Notes: generated from the letters alone by a model not told the origin. Counted from the stretch's first letter, positions 49,198 through 62,032 are shown. The stretch is 64,000 bases of DNA from Octopus sinensis (GCF_006345805.1 NC_043001.1:14818001-14882000); one strand, 5' to 3'. Numbers and translations are program-made.

Positions 49198-49314
49198 TAT
49201 ATATATATATATATATAGGTTGTATGTGTGTGTGTGTGTATATATATATATATGTCGTCGGCTCCACTTTCTGCCCAGCCGCTATACATATATATATTTT
49301 ATATTATATTATAT

Positions 49315-49346
<32 letters not shown>

Positions 49347-49381
49347 AACACACACACACACACATGTACATACCTACATAT

Positions 49382-49630
49382 GATGGCTGCCCCCTCGTTA
49401 TCGAGTTTGGCCATTGCACGAAGCTTAACTGTTTATTGGTGTTGTGATCGAATGTGACTTTTTAGCGCAACTAAAGATCTACAATGTCTTGTACAAAATT
49501 GGCAACTAAAACCTTTACCGGTAATAGCCGGATGTAGTTGTAACTGGGCTTCATGTACCTTAGCATGTCGTTTAAGTCCTCCTGCCGAATTACACTCTCT
49601 TCCACATGCCCGACAGATATGATTAGTATG
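49382..49630 (-). pseudogene. Two C2H2 zinc fingers, stop and short 3' UTR; probable RTE-type LINE 3' end
   Basis: Hand translation: HICRACGRECNSAGGLKRHAKVH...FSCQFCTRHCRSLVALKSHIRSQHQ* (stop 49433-49435); no TGEKP linker; not in the ORF track. Confidence 0.6.
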
Positions 49631-50062
49631 GTGTGTACCACCACCACCAGTGGCCAGGTTGCTTTTTAAGGCTACAAGCCAACCAATAAGTTGAGACTCA
49701 CATCACTATCAACAATCATGAATTAGTTAATCAATTTAATCAATCAATCAATGTTGTTATCGTGCAATGCCTGTGCAACAAGATTTTTTTAAAGTGAGGA
49801 AAGGCTGTGCACTGAGTCAATCCCACTCACTAAGCAACAGCAGCCATAATCCGAAAAGAAGAACAAGTCAACATCATCGGTAACCACTGAGCCGCAGGTT
49901 TTATGTCGGAGTTATCCCAGTTACCTGTGTTACCTTCTCCTAGAGGTCCTTCACTCCCAATGGTTTAACTGCGCGATCGGGTATTCAGTCCGATTATTTC
50001 TATGTCCCTGCGCATGATACAGCCTTAAGGTGGATAAGATTGATATAAGGAGGAAAAAAAAA

Positions 50063-50467
50063 TCTCCTTTATATATAAAAGTGAAGTTGTGTGTCTGTCT
50101 CCTACGATTTAGATTCCTAACTACTCCCACATTTTGCGGTGCAGTTTAACCAAAATCGGGTATCTTATAGTCGTGATTCATATCGAGCCCTTCTGGGTAT
50201 TATTAGCGCGCGTCTACGATGAGTCTACGATTTAAAAAAATATTTACCATCATTTTTTTCCATTTTAATGCATTTTTTCGCTATTATATAAGGGAAGTAA
50301 CTCAGTAAAAATGTCTACGATGAGTCAACGATTTAAAAAAAAATTTACCGTCATTTTTTCCCCATTTTTAATGCATTTTTTTTGCTATTCTTTGGCTATA
50401 ACTCTCTAAAAATGCTTATATAGTTATTTCCCTTACAAACCCGAGCAACGCCGGGCGATACTGCTAG
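50063..50467 (+). mobile_element. Non-autonomous Helitron
   Basis: A|TC...cccgagcaacgccggg hairpin...CTAG|T; internal ~100-bp tandem duplication. Confidence 0.82.
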
Positions 50468-50689
50468 TTTAAAAATAAAATGATAAAATAAAAAATAATA
50501 AAAATAAATAAATAAAACATACGATACATATATATTGAGAAAACATTAATATACAAAATATACATAAAATATATGGTGTGAAGTATATAAAAATTTATAT
50601 GAGCAAGTTATAAAAATATACTATAAAGATTAGTGAGAAAAAGGCAGATATACAGTAAATATATAATTACACATTTATTGGATGGCCGT

Positions 50690-51100
50690 TGACTCTCAAG
50701 AGTTCCCCCGCCCTTTGACGGGTTTTGTTTTTCATCCCGCAGGGTGTCCAATAAACACCCTCCTCAACAAGCAAGCTTGGTGGGGTTGCCGGTTTAGTCG
50801 CCGACGGCCCGACCATGCAACAGGTTGTACTGGGTTACATGTTACCAGTAGCACTCGAAAGCGACATGACATAAACATTTCTACATATATATGTATATAT
50901 TTACATGCATATATAGGATACAGGACATCAAAAAACGTTGAACACAATGAGAAACGAAAATATAAAAACAAAAACATAGAAAAGAACTTTTTTTTCGAAC
51001 AACGAAAAAAACAGAGAAACGAGACATGCAACATAAAGAATATTCCCCTTCATCAGTTGTCCCCTGTTTCATCTACTCCGCATGTCGAAAGCAAGGACAT
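50690..51100 (-). other. Unclassified GC-richer repeat-like segment
   Basis: Complex sequence between microsatellites; minus strand has ctgatgaagggg but no complete hammerhead. Confidence 0.3.
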
Positions 51101-51128
51101 ATATATATATATATTATATATAATATAT

Positions 51129-51163
<35 letters not shown>

Positions 51164-51353
51164 CATACACACACACACATATATATTATATATATATATA
51201 CATATACGCACACACATAGGCCTTGTGAGTGGATTTGGTAGACGGAAACTGAAAGAAGCCCGTCGTATATATGTGTGTGTGTGTGTTAGTATTTCCCCCA
51301 CCACCAACATCGCTTGACAACCGATGTTGATGTGTTTACGTCCCCGTAACTTA

Positions 51354-51466
51354 GGCAGAATGGTATACATATAAGATTCCAATACCTTGTCAGTAAAATC
51401 CAATAATATTTAAAATAGCATTTTACTCACAAGGTATTGGAATCTTATATTGTATACTAATCTGCC
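51354..51466. mobile_element. Small TA-flanked MITE (Tc1/mariner type)
   Basis: ~48-bp TIRs ggcagaatggtatac.atataagattccaataccttgt...; TA on both sides; sits at a TA of a SINE-A. Confidence 0.78.
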
Positions 51467-51587
51467 TAAATAATGGATCTACAAATGCAATATCCCTGCA
51501 TATCTCACATCTATTTTCATTCCTCCACCTCACTCTCTATTTCGTATCTTCTCTAAATTAACTATTGCTTAACCATTTTCTCACACC

Positions 51588-51635
51588 GTCTCCGATGAAG
51601 GGATATAGTAAATATCTTGGAAACAGCTGTAAGAC
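51588..51635 (+). ncRNA. Minimal type-I hammerhead ribozyme candidate (U4C variant)
   Basis: gtct-CCGATGA-A-GGGATAT agtaa ATATCTT-G-GAA-ACAGCTGT-A-agac; stems I and II pair, 8-nt palindromic stem III, GUA triplet. Confidence 0.6.
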
Positions 51636-51697
51636 CTATTTATAAATGTTCTAAAATCTTCACAGCCTTGGGTTTTTTACTCATTCTGAAAAAAATG

Positions 51698-51766
<69 letters not shown>

Positions 51767-51814
51767 TGAGTTTTTTAAAGAAATTTCTCTACCAGTGGCC
51801 TAGCGTGTATAAAA

Positions 51815-52300
51815 AGTCGATAAACAGCTAAGACTCTACTCCCTGGAGAGAAGACGGGAGAGGTATGCAGTAATATATCTATCTGGAAGATCCTGGAAGG
51901 AATTGTGCCAAATTTTGGCATTGAAAGCTACACCAATGCCAGAACGGGACGACACTGCATAGTGCCAAAGCTCCCAGCAATGCCATCACGCTTCAGGACC
52001 AGTTACTGCAACAGCTTAGGTTTCAAGGGCCCACAGCTTTTTAATATTCTCTCAAAGAGTCTGAGGAACTCGCACAAAGTAGATGTAGGGGTTTTTAAAT
52101 CAAAGCTGGACCTCTTCCTGTCGAGAGTCCCAGATGAACCTACATCACGGCAAGAGGGGCAAATGAGGGTAGCTATATCAAATTCCATTCTTCACAAGTG
52201 CCACATATTGGAGGAGGCTCTTAGTAATAACAGTGTAGCAAAACTGCGGTGCATCAGCATGGCCGCAGCTCTGAGCTGAAACTAGAGAGAAAAAAATAAA
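51815..52300 (+). pseudogene. CR1/L2-group LINE 3' end
   Basis: LYSLERRRERY..IWKILEGIVPNFG...GPQLFNILSK...FKSKLDLFLSRVPDEP; frameshift at ~51875; A-rich tail. Confidence 0.82.
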
Positions 52301-52314
52301 CAACATATTCTCAA

Positions 52315-52593
52315 TATAAAATAGTGTACATTTAAACACAAAATAAAACTGCCTCCAACAAGTAGTTTTTACACGCTAGAAGTAGTAGTCAAAACAACCA
52401 AAAACCCACATTTAAGTGCAATCTTCAAAACGAATGAAAAATAAAAAAAAACTTTTACCTTTTTCTATTTTTCATTCCTTTTGAAGATTGCACTTAGAAT
52501 GTGGTTTTGGTCGTTTTGACTGCTTCTTCTAGAGTGTAAAATCTGCTTGTTGAAGGCAGTTTTCTCTTGTGTTTAAATGTACACTATTTTATA
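52315..52593. mobile_element. Fold-back MITE-like element
   Basis: ~130-bp inverted arms starting tataaaatagtgtacatttaaacaca. Confidence 0.8.
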
Positions 52594-53318
52594 CAATAGA
52601 TACAATAGAAAAGGTTCAAATCCGGCAGACTACGATTAATACATACATATACAGTTATATATATATCTGGCTCAGTGGTTAGAGCGTAAAAAAATTTTTT
52701 CTTTTGGTAACAAATCAATAATTGGTAACAATTTAAATAACAAAGTAGTTCAAATATGGCAAACCTACATTCACTTCAGGAGCAGCAAAAATAAAAGATA
52801 AAAAACACGTCTGTTCGCTGTCGATACAATTCCATTTACTGACAATCAGTCTCGTCAAAAATATTTTCATTGATCTTCTTTTCGAATCAGTGGTTCTTAC
52901 GTTCAAATCATCTCACTTACACATGTAACAAGGCATATACTCTTTGTTCCCAAATCAGGGCAGACAAAACGGGGGATTAGATAACATGTAACAATCGATG
53001 GAAAAGGAATGTTGCATTGTCTTTTGATCTTTTGGGATCGCTGTAGCATGGTAGAAAACTCTTCATTCACAATACAGGCCAGACAAAATGGGTCAATATA
53101 TGATTAAGTGACGTGTAACAATTAATGAAAAAAGGAGATTACATTGTTTTTTGAGTTTCGCTGTTGTTCGGGAGTGGAGGGGTTAAAAATGAGGTAACCC
53201 GTGAATTTCTGTATGTATGTTTAGCTAGGGTGGGGTTTTTTTTCCGGTGTTGCTGGCGGTGATATATCTTGGGCGAATGGATTCTACGAAGCTTTGTATG
53301 GGGAAAATCTCTTGTTAG

Positions 53319-53349
<31 letters not shown>

Positions 53350-53369
53350 AATAATAATAGTTGTAGTAG

Positions 53370-53745
53370 TAGCTGTTGTTGTTATTCAGTAGTTTTATTT
53401 TTATAGCGTGCTTTTACTTCACTACCGAGCGCAGCTCTGTGTGTCTTGGGTATGTGCTGTGGTTTGTTGTGATGCTCTTATTTTCACTGTATTGAAAGTG
53501 TATTGCGTAGGATGTGTGCATGTTATATGTTTGTAAGTCCTGGTGTTTTTGTTATGTATTTGTCTGAATATTTTTTTATCATACCTATTGCACCCACTAT
53601 GATAGGAATTATTTCTGTTTTTAGATTCCACATTCGAGTTACCTCTATTTCCAGGTCTTTGTATTTTGAAAGTTTCTCCATTTCTTTCAGAGACACGTTG
53701 TCATCTGTTGGTATTGACACATCAATAACAAAGCATTTTTTTCTC
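53370..53745 (-). pseudogene. R4/Dong 3' end (restriction-like endonuclease and 3' UTR)
   Basis: KCFVIDVSIPTDDNVSLKEMEKLSKYKDLEIEVTRMW...IVGAIG; flanked by (TAA)n-like tracts. Confidence 0.87.
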
Positions 53746-54574
53746 ATTTATTATTATTATTATTATTATTGTTACAGTTGACAAAATTCCATTGCCTGAT
53801 TCTTACACATCACTGAATTGTGAATTATTATAACTGAATAAAGAAACTCAATTGGTCAATCAATATCTTCAGTTAACTGATAAATATCTTGAGAAAAATA
53901 ATTCTTGGAGTCATACCTTCATCATGAATGACCCTTTTCAACAATTGCCATACGAGTATTCAGCCTTCCACATTCACCCTTTTCTTTAATATATATATTT
54001 CCAATTAAAGAAAAAAACAGAAATCTTTCAGTCCTATTTTTATTAGTGATTTTTACTGGCAAACACTCCCCCCCCGTGGGCTTTCTGGTGTCAAATGTCG
54101 AGTTTTTCTCTTAATACATCGGAGAGTGTTTCTTGCAGTTGATGCTTTGAGGGTAAGTGAAAGGCCCTACCTTTTCTTTTTAATATACACGAACATACAA
54201 CCTTCCCCTTTACCAGTTCTTGGAATATAGTCTTCATGTTATATCCGGTGCATAAGTTTGATCATATCCAATTTCTCTGTTCGTCTAGCAACACCAGTAA
54301 AACTGTCATTTTCGAAAGTTCACTTACCCTCATTTATCCCGAGTGTTTGGTTAGAAAAACAAAATATCATGTTAAATGACTCGGTGATAAATGAATAACA
54401 GAACATATGGGGAAAACAGATTTCGTTCTCAGACTTCAAGTTTTTCTCCAACTTAGCCAAAAAAAAACCCCATCTCCAAACAGTTTTTAAACACATATAA
54501 TGGTATTGTTTCATGGTTGGAATAGTATTTAAAATAAAATTTAACACTATAGGCATAATGGAAAGAAATAATTC

Positions 54575-55050
54575 AGGGTTCAGTCCCACTGTGTGGAACA
54601 TTGGGTGCCTTCTACAGTAGACTTGGGCCAACCAAAACCTTGTGAGTGAATTTGGTAGATGGAAACTGAAAGAAGCCTATCGTGTGTATATATATATATT
54701 TACTCTTTTTACTCTTTTAGTTGTTTCAGTCATTTGACTGTGGCCATGCTGGAGCACTGCCTTTAGTCGACCAAATCGTCCCCAGGACTTATTCTTTGTA
54801 ATGATACTTATTCTATTGGTCTCTTTTCCCGAACCGCTAAGGGGACGTAAACACATCAGCATTAGTTGTCAAGCGATGTTAGGGGGACAAACACAGACAC
54901 ACAAACACACACATATATACATATACATATATACGTATACATATATATGATGGGCTTCTTTCAGTTTCCGTCTACCAAATCCACTCACAAAGCTTTGGTC
55001 AGCCCGAGGCTATAGTAGAAGACACTTATCACACAGCCACTCCTGCACCC
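54575..55050. mobile_element. SINE-A 5' half (plus) followed by a SINE-A (minus, 54690-55050)
   Basis: Family consensus in both orientations. Confidence 0.8.
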
Positions 55051-55581
55051 ATAAATTTTCTCCTGTCTTTAATAATTGAATTCACAGTTGATTTACTCAT
55101 GTTCCAAGCTTTGTTTACTGGTCATTACGATCGACCCATTCAGCAACCTGCCAGTCCTAGTTTTCAATATTCCGCATACTGAGAAGATTTTTCGCTTGTT
55201 AATTGTTGCAAATAAACGATTCAATTCCAATTTATTTTAGATAAGGCTACTGTAAATAAAAGAAATGCTTGCATACAATATATTATTATTCAAGCATTTT
55301 ATAATGTTATATTATTGATCTTAAAAATTAAATTGAAAATATAGAAATGAAAGTAAAAATTTTAAAGGTCTTGTACAGTTCAGTAAAAAAATGTTAGAAT
55401 GCCTAGGGTATCTACGGTAAGAAAACTGAATTAGGGAATGCCAATTTATAGAGTCTGAAAATCCTTGGAATATGAAAGCCAAATAGACGAATCTCAAGGA
55501 CTCTGTGTGTGTGTGTGTGTGTGTGTGGTGATTGTGCGTGTGGGAGTGTGTACGCATGTGTGTGTATTCGTTTTATGTTGT

Positions 55582-55900
55582 TCATCATCATCATCATCAT
55601 CGTTTAACGTCCGCTTTCCATGCTAGCAAGCATGGATTGGACGATTTTGACTGAGGTCTGGCGAACAAGATGGCTGCACCAGGCTTCAGACTGATCTGGC
55701 AGAGTTTCTACAGCTGGATGCCCTTCCTAACGCCAACCACTTCGAGAGTGTAGTGGGTTCTTTTTACGTGCCACCGGCATGGGGTCAGTCAGGTGGTACT
55801 GGCAATGACCTCGTTCGAATCTTTTGTACACATGCTACTGGCACAGGTGCCAGTAAGGCGACGCTTGTAATGATCACACTCAAATGGTGCCTTTTACAAT
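55582..55900 (-). mobile_element. RTE 3' UTR fragment
   Basis: Family consensus. Confidence 0.85.
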
Positions 55901-56194
55901 AAAAAAACCCACCCAGTTTTACATTAAATTGAAGTATTATTCAATACTTTTCATAGAGGACATATCTATTGTGTTATTACTTCTAAGTTTCGTCTGTCTT
56001 TACGTTCTGAGTTCAAATTCCACTCAGGTCGACTTTACCTTTCATCCTTTCGCGGTCGATAAATTAAGTACACTGGGGTTGATCTAATCGACTGGAGCCC
56101 CACTCCCCCAAAATTTCAGGCCTGTGCCTAGAGTGGAAAAGCTTATTACTTCTAAGTAAACATTGCAGCATTTTATCCATCACAATAATTCTTA

Positions 56195-56610
56195 TTTCTT
56201 TATTGCCCACAAAGGGCTAAACATAGAGGGGGCAAACACAGACAGACAAAGGGATTGAGTCAATTATATCGACCCCAGTGCATAACTGGTACTTATTTAA
56301 TCGACCCCGAAAGGATGAAAGGCTAAGTCGACCTCGGCGGAATTTGAACTCAGAACGTAGTGTCAGGTGAAATACCTATTTCTTTACTACCCACAAAGGG
56401 CTAAACACAGAGGGGACAAACAAGGATAGACAAACGGATTAAGTCGATTACATCGACACCAGTGCATAACTGGTACTTATTTAATTGACCCCGAAAGGAT
56501 GAAAGGCTAAGTCGACCTTGGCGAGATTTGAACTCAGAACGTAACGGCAGATGAAATACCGCTAAGAATTACGCCCGGCGTGCTAACGTTTCTGCCAGCT
56601 CGCCGCCTTT
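56195..56610 (-). mobile_element. SINE-B dimer
   Basis: Junction gaaatacctatttctttactac on plus at ~56370-56390. Confidence 0.87.
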
Positions 56611-57546
56611 AATCCAACACAATGATTCTGTTAATTCACCATTTAGTTCTGATTTGGTTGTTATTTCTAGCACACTAAGCAACCATGTAAAGAGAAAGAG
56701 AAAGAGAGAGAGGGGTGGGGAGGATGGGGCTTCTTTTCTTCGTGTTGGGGATATTTAGTAGTCACTGAGAAAGCTATTTCTCAACAGCAGATGACTCTTT
56801 GGAAATCATTGGTTTTTGCTTAAAATATGAAAGTCTGTGAGAAGCCAGAATCGTGCTTAGCGAATATATGCTCCATTTATTCGTTTATATTTCCTTTGGT
56901 ATTCAGGCACAAGTTCCATGATAAATTCAACGTTCAATGCTAGCTGCATATTAAACACCGGGTTTTGTCAGTACAAACACACACGCACACATGCACACAC
57001 ATATGCACACACATGCACACATGCACACACATGCACACACACACATGCGTACTGCTTGCACTATGTTTCCTATTTCATCCTTGTTGTATGTATGGTTCTA
57101 TCCACTGGCTTGATCCTCCTCCTGCTTCTCTCTTCTCTGTGTGTGTATACACACACACATATATATATACACATATACACCTACCCACGCATAGACATAT
57201 ATATATATACACATATATACATAAATATATATATACATATATATATGTTTAATTGAAATGACTACACTCACATTCCTGTATGTATATATATATATATATA
57301 TATAGATATATATATATATATATATAATGTATATATATGTATGTATGTATGTAATATATATGTATGTATAATGTAGTGTATGTACATGTATGTATGTATA
57401 CCACACACTGATGCATACGTCCACATATGCGTTAAGTATATATATATACATGTGTGTGTATGTGTGTGTGTGTACGTATGTATATATGTTATTTATACAT
57501 ATATGTATATATATATATCCTTGGCATCATGTTTTTATTTTGATTA

Positions 57547-57591
<45 letters not shown>

Positions 57592-57955
57592 TATATATAT
57601 GCATGTATTTGTATATATATTATATAATGTATGTAATCTTTCTCCATATATAATCTATGTATCCTTTGGTCCGTCCGGTTCTCTCTCCCCCCTTTCCTCC
57701 CCCTCTCCCTCTTTCTCACTCTCCTCTCTGTCTATAATACACTCTTTCTGTTGCTTTTCTCGTCCCATACTGCGTAATGAGACATGACTGACAATATATA
57801 ACAGAAGAGGAAAAGTTCTTGAGATACTTCTGTCAAAAGTACTGGTATAAAAAGTAAAAATACATAGTCTGGAACTAATGCCAAGCAGTAATCATTAAGA
57901 GTTTCGTAACAGAGGAAAAAATTCATTTATCTTTATATATAAAGCAGAGTTTGTG

Positions 57956-58004
<49 letters not shown>

Positions 58005-58011
58005 CCTTATT

Positions 58012-58565
58012 GATTCTGTGGTGTTAGTGGTGTTATTGGCTGTGATGAGCTATGTGGTGTTGGTGGAAGGGATTGCAGATGAGGTGGACGGAAGTAAGGC
58101 TTGCAGGGGACGGTGAGACAGGCAGAGGGCATGCGTAGGCAGGAAACACGTGTGGTCAGAGTGACAAGACGTGTTTAATTCGTGAGAGTGACCGCTGATT
58201 TCGCCGAGGTCAACAGGTAAGGCCTTTTGTATTTCTTGCTCCCGTTTGCTTCTTTTTCTGTTGTCCTTTTCCTCCATCACACTACAAGCTATTTCGGCCC
58301 CTAAAAAAAAGAAGCAAACGGGAGAAAGAAATACAAAAGACCTTACCTGTTGACCTCGGTGAAATCAGCGGTCACTCTCACAAATTAAACATGTCTCGCT
58401 GCTGTTTCTGCTCGAACTGACCCCACATTCTTCCTGCCCACGCATGCCCTCTGCCTGTGTCACCGGCTCCTGCAATCCTTACTTCCGTCCACCTCATCTG
58501 CAATCCCCTCCACCAACACCACATAGCTCCATCACAGCCAATAACACCACTAACACCACAGATTC
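58012..58565. mobile_element. Large fold-back element
   Basis: ~250-bp inverted arms (58012-58259 vs 58306-58565), ~45-bp spacer. Confidence 0.85.
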
Positions 58566-59184
58566 GAACACTGAGTTGCTGATTTTGACATATCAAAAGA
58601 TTCAATAAACTTTCAGCTACCAAATAAAGTATATTTTTTGCACTGCAACTTTTTTTTTACTACAAAAATAACCTTGGAAACAAGGTCGGGTTGCACAATT
58701 TTGAGGACTTTTGCTAAGGGAGGCAACTCTGCCAGATACAATACTTGATTTAACAACAAATGTAAACAGACGCATACACAAATATTAGGTGCAAGAATGA
58801 CTGTGTGGTTGAGAAGTTTGCTTCCCAACAACATGGTTCCATGTTCAGTACTTCTGCATGGTATCTTGGGCAAGTATTTTCTACTATAGCCCTAGGCCAA
58901 CCACAGACTTGTGACTGAATTTGGTAGATGGAAACTGCAGTGTTGTTCATCAGAAAATGACTGAAAAACATGTTTATAGAGAGGAGTTGTTTGCTTCATA
59001 CTCCTTGTGAACCGATTGTGCCCATAAGAAAGGAACAATGTGGCTGTAGGTCTTAACACCCGGGCAACGCCAGGGTGCATTGGTAGTTTTATTATAAATG
59101 TTAACAGTAACCATAGAGATGCTATGTTTATTTTGCAAACTATGATAAAATAGCTTGAAGTTTATAGAGAATCATGAACATAGA

Positions 59185-59379
59185 GTAGGAGTGGCTGTGT
59201 GGTAAGTAGCTTGCTTACCAACCACATGGTTCCGGGTTCAGTCCCACTGTGTGGCACCTTGGGCAAGTGTCTTCCACTATAGCCTCGGGCTGACCAAAGC
59301 CTTGTGAGTGGATTTGGTAGACGGAAACTAAAAGAAGCCCTCGTATATATGTGTGTGTGTATATATATATAATATATAT

Positions 59380-59467
<88 letters not shown>

Positions 59468-59680
59468 GTATATGTTTCTGTGCCTGTGTTTGTCCCCCCA
59501 ACATCGCTTGACAACCAATGCTGGTGTATTTACGTCCCCGTAATTTAGTAGTTCAGCAAAAGAGATTGATAGAATAAGTTCTAGGCTTACAAAGAATAAG
59601 TCCTGGGGTCAATTTGCTCAACAAAAGGCGGTGCTCCAGCATGGCCACAGTCAAATGACTGAAACAAGTAAAGAGAGAGA
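59185..59680 (+). mobile_element. SINE-A full length
   Basis: Family consensus. Confidence 0.9.
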
Positions 59681-59990
59681 TAAATAATTTCTTAGGTTAA
59701 TGTTGGATTAAGACAGTAGGGTGTTTTGAGGGAGATTTGGCTGATATTTCTACCCGGTCTTACGTTTGTATTGTTATGTGACATACTGTCCTATTTATAA
59801 TATATTCCTTATGCTTTCCAAAACCGAGTCACAGATTTTGACGTATGGAGTGTCAAAAGATTCAGAACTATTTTGGCTACAAATTAAACTTAATTTCCAT
59901 TCACATATTTGCATTTCAAATAATCTTTTCCATAAATCAACTATCGTAAAAATTTTATACACTGACCTCACATTTTTCTATATGTGTGTG

Positions 59991-60090
59991 NNNNNNNNNN
60001 NNNNNNNNNNNNNNNNNNNNNNNNNNNNNNNNNNNNNNNNNNNNNNNNNNNNNNNNNNNNNNNNNNNNNNNNNNNNNNNNNNNNNNNNNN
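59991..60090. other. Assembly gap (100 N)
   Basis: Run of n. Confidence 1.
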
Positions 60091-60351
60091 GCCGACTGCT
60101 GCAAAAGGGAGCATATCCACTGACAGCTTTTTGGTGCGTTCAAAAATTACATAGCCCCCACAGGTTAGGGCCTGAAATACTCCAAACAGATGTATAGCAT
60201 ATTGCTTAGTCGAATTAGCCCATTAGTTACTCCACAAATGTTTTGTTGTCAGTGCTACACTTTCCCATCTCACCTGTTTCAACATAACTGTAATATATTA
60301 TATACAAACTATGCCATTTTAATCCCGAGCAATGCCAGTTGTCTCTGCTAG
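60091..60351 (+). mobile_element. Probable Helitron 3' portion
   Basis: cccgagcaatgccag...gtctctgCTAG|t end; 5' side lost in the gap. Confidence 0.45.
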
Positions 60352-60354
60352 TAT

Positions 60355-60403
<49 letters not shown>

Positions 60404-61185
60404 ACACACACACACACACACACATACTCACACATATACACACATATATATATACACACACACATACACACAAACTGTAAAAATCTGTAAAACTTTCCAG
60501 AAGTTTATCGTTTAAATATATATGAGACATACATACATACACAAATACAATAACTGTTGATGATGTTGAAATTCCAATGATCTAGGTTAGATCTAGGTTG
60601 GATCTAGGTTAGAAACCGGTTCTTTCTCTATTGGCCAGAAATCTTGAAATAAAACTGAACAATGACATACATACATGCTTATTTAATCATTTAATCAAGA
60701 AATGGTTTTTACATTCAAAAAATTTCCCAAAACTTTGGAAGCTGAACATCAGTACAAACAGGATCCTGGTCGGTTGCATCACTTTTTTTCTTCAACAACA
60801 AAAACTTTTTAGCTGCAACATACACAAAAATGTATACCTTAAAACCCTTTTCCTAGATAAAAGACTTGAAGTAATATGTGATCCCTTTTTTCTTCTTCCC
60901 ACCCTTTTTATTTATGTTACATATATCAAGCCTTCGTTATGAATTCATACACCAGTATATCGTTAATTAAACTATAAAACGAAAATATTTATTTGGTTGA
61001 AACTTATTTTTATATCTAAAATACATAGAATAAAAATATTTTCCCCTAATGTTAAAAAATTAAACATTTTAATTAAGCAAAAAATATATGTATATAAAAA
61101 ATTGATGCATTTTCAACATTTCTCTGCATTTTCCATATATAGATACGTGTGGGTATGTGTGTGTGTGCATGCGTGCATATGTGTA

Positions 61186-61573
61186 TACTCTTTTACTCTC
61201 TTTTATTTGTTTCAGCCATTTGACTGTGGCCATGCTGGAGCACTGCCTTTAGTCGAGCAAATTGGCCCCAGGACTTATTCTTTGTAAGCCCAGTACTTAT
61301 TCTATCGGTCTCTTTTGCCGAGCCACTAAGCTATGGGGATGTAAACACACCAGCATTGGTTGTCAAGTGACAAACACAGACACACAAGCACACACACACA
61401 CATACATACCCACACATACATACACACATATATATATATATATATATACAATGGGCTTCTTTCAGTTTCTGTCTACCAAATCCACTCACAAGGCTTTGGT
61501 CAGCCCGAGGTTATAGTAGAAGACACTATGTGGTTTGTAAGCAAGTTACTTACCACACAGCCACTCCCGCGCC
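61186..61573 (-). mobile_element. SINE-A with internal deletions
   Basis: Family consensus. Confidence 0.87.
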
Positions 61574-61685
61574 TGTGTCTGTATAAATATGTATATGTGT
61601 GTGTGTGTGTGTGTGTATGTGTAAGTCGTCTCAGAGTCCATAAGTCAGGAAAAAATGCACTCGTATGTCTGTCAATAATGTGGGT

Positions 61686-61994
61686 GTAATTGAAGTGTAC
61701 TGAATTATATATCCATTACGGCCAATCTTACTAATCAGTTTCACACTAGGGGTTCAACGTAGTGTTAGGTAACAGTTTGATTGTGCAGCCCTGCACTCAT
61801 CAGAGGTAGCTTTTATGGAATGAAATATGGCAACTGCTCTATTGTTGGAGTCGCCATATTTCATTCCATATCGGCTACCTCTGATGAGTGCAGGGTTACA
61901 TAACCGGACTGTTATCTAACACTCCATTGAATCCTTAGTGTGAAACTGATTGTAAAGATGAGCTATAATGGATATATGATGCTGTACACTCGAT

Positions 61995-61998
<4 letters not shown>
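61686..61998. mobile_element. Older fold-back element
   Basis: Inverted arms around a ~13-nt loop at ~61835-61849; core ccctgcactcatcagaggtagc pairs perfectly. Confidence 0.75.

Positions 61999-62032
<34 letters not shown>

Noticed and set aside
51030-51060. ctgatgaagggg on the minus strand
   Set aside because: No closing stem II or GAAA at the correct spacing
60579-60612. gatctaggtt x3
   Set aside because: Short local tandem; not telomeric and no supporting structure
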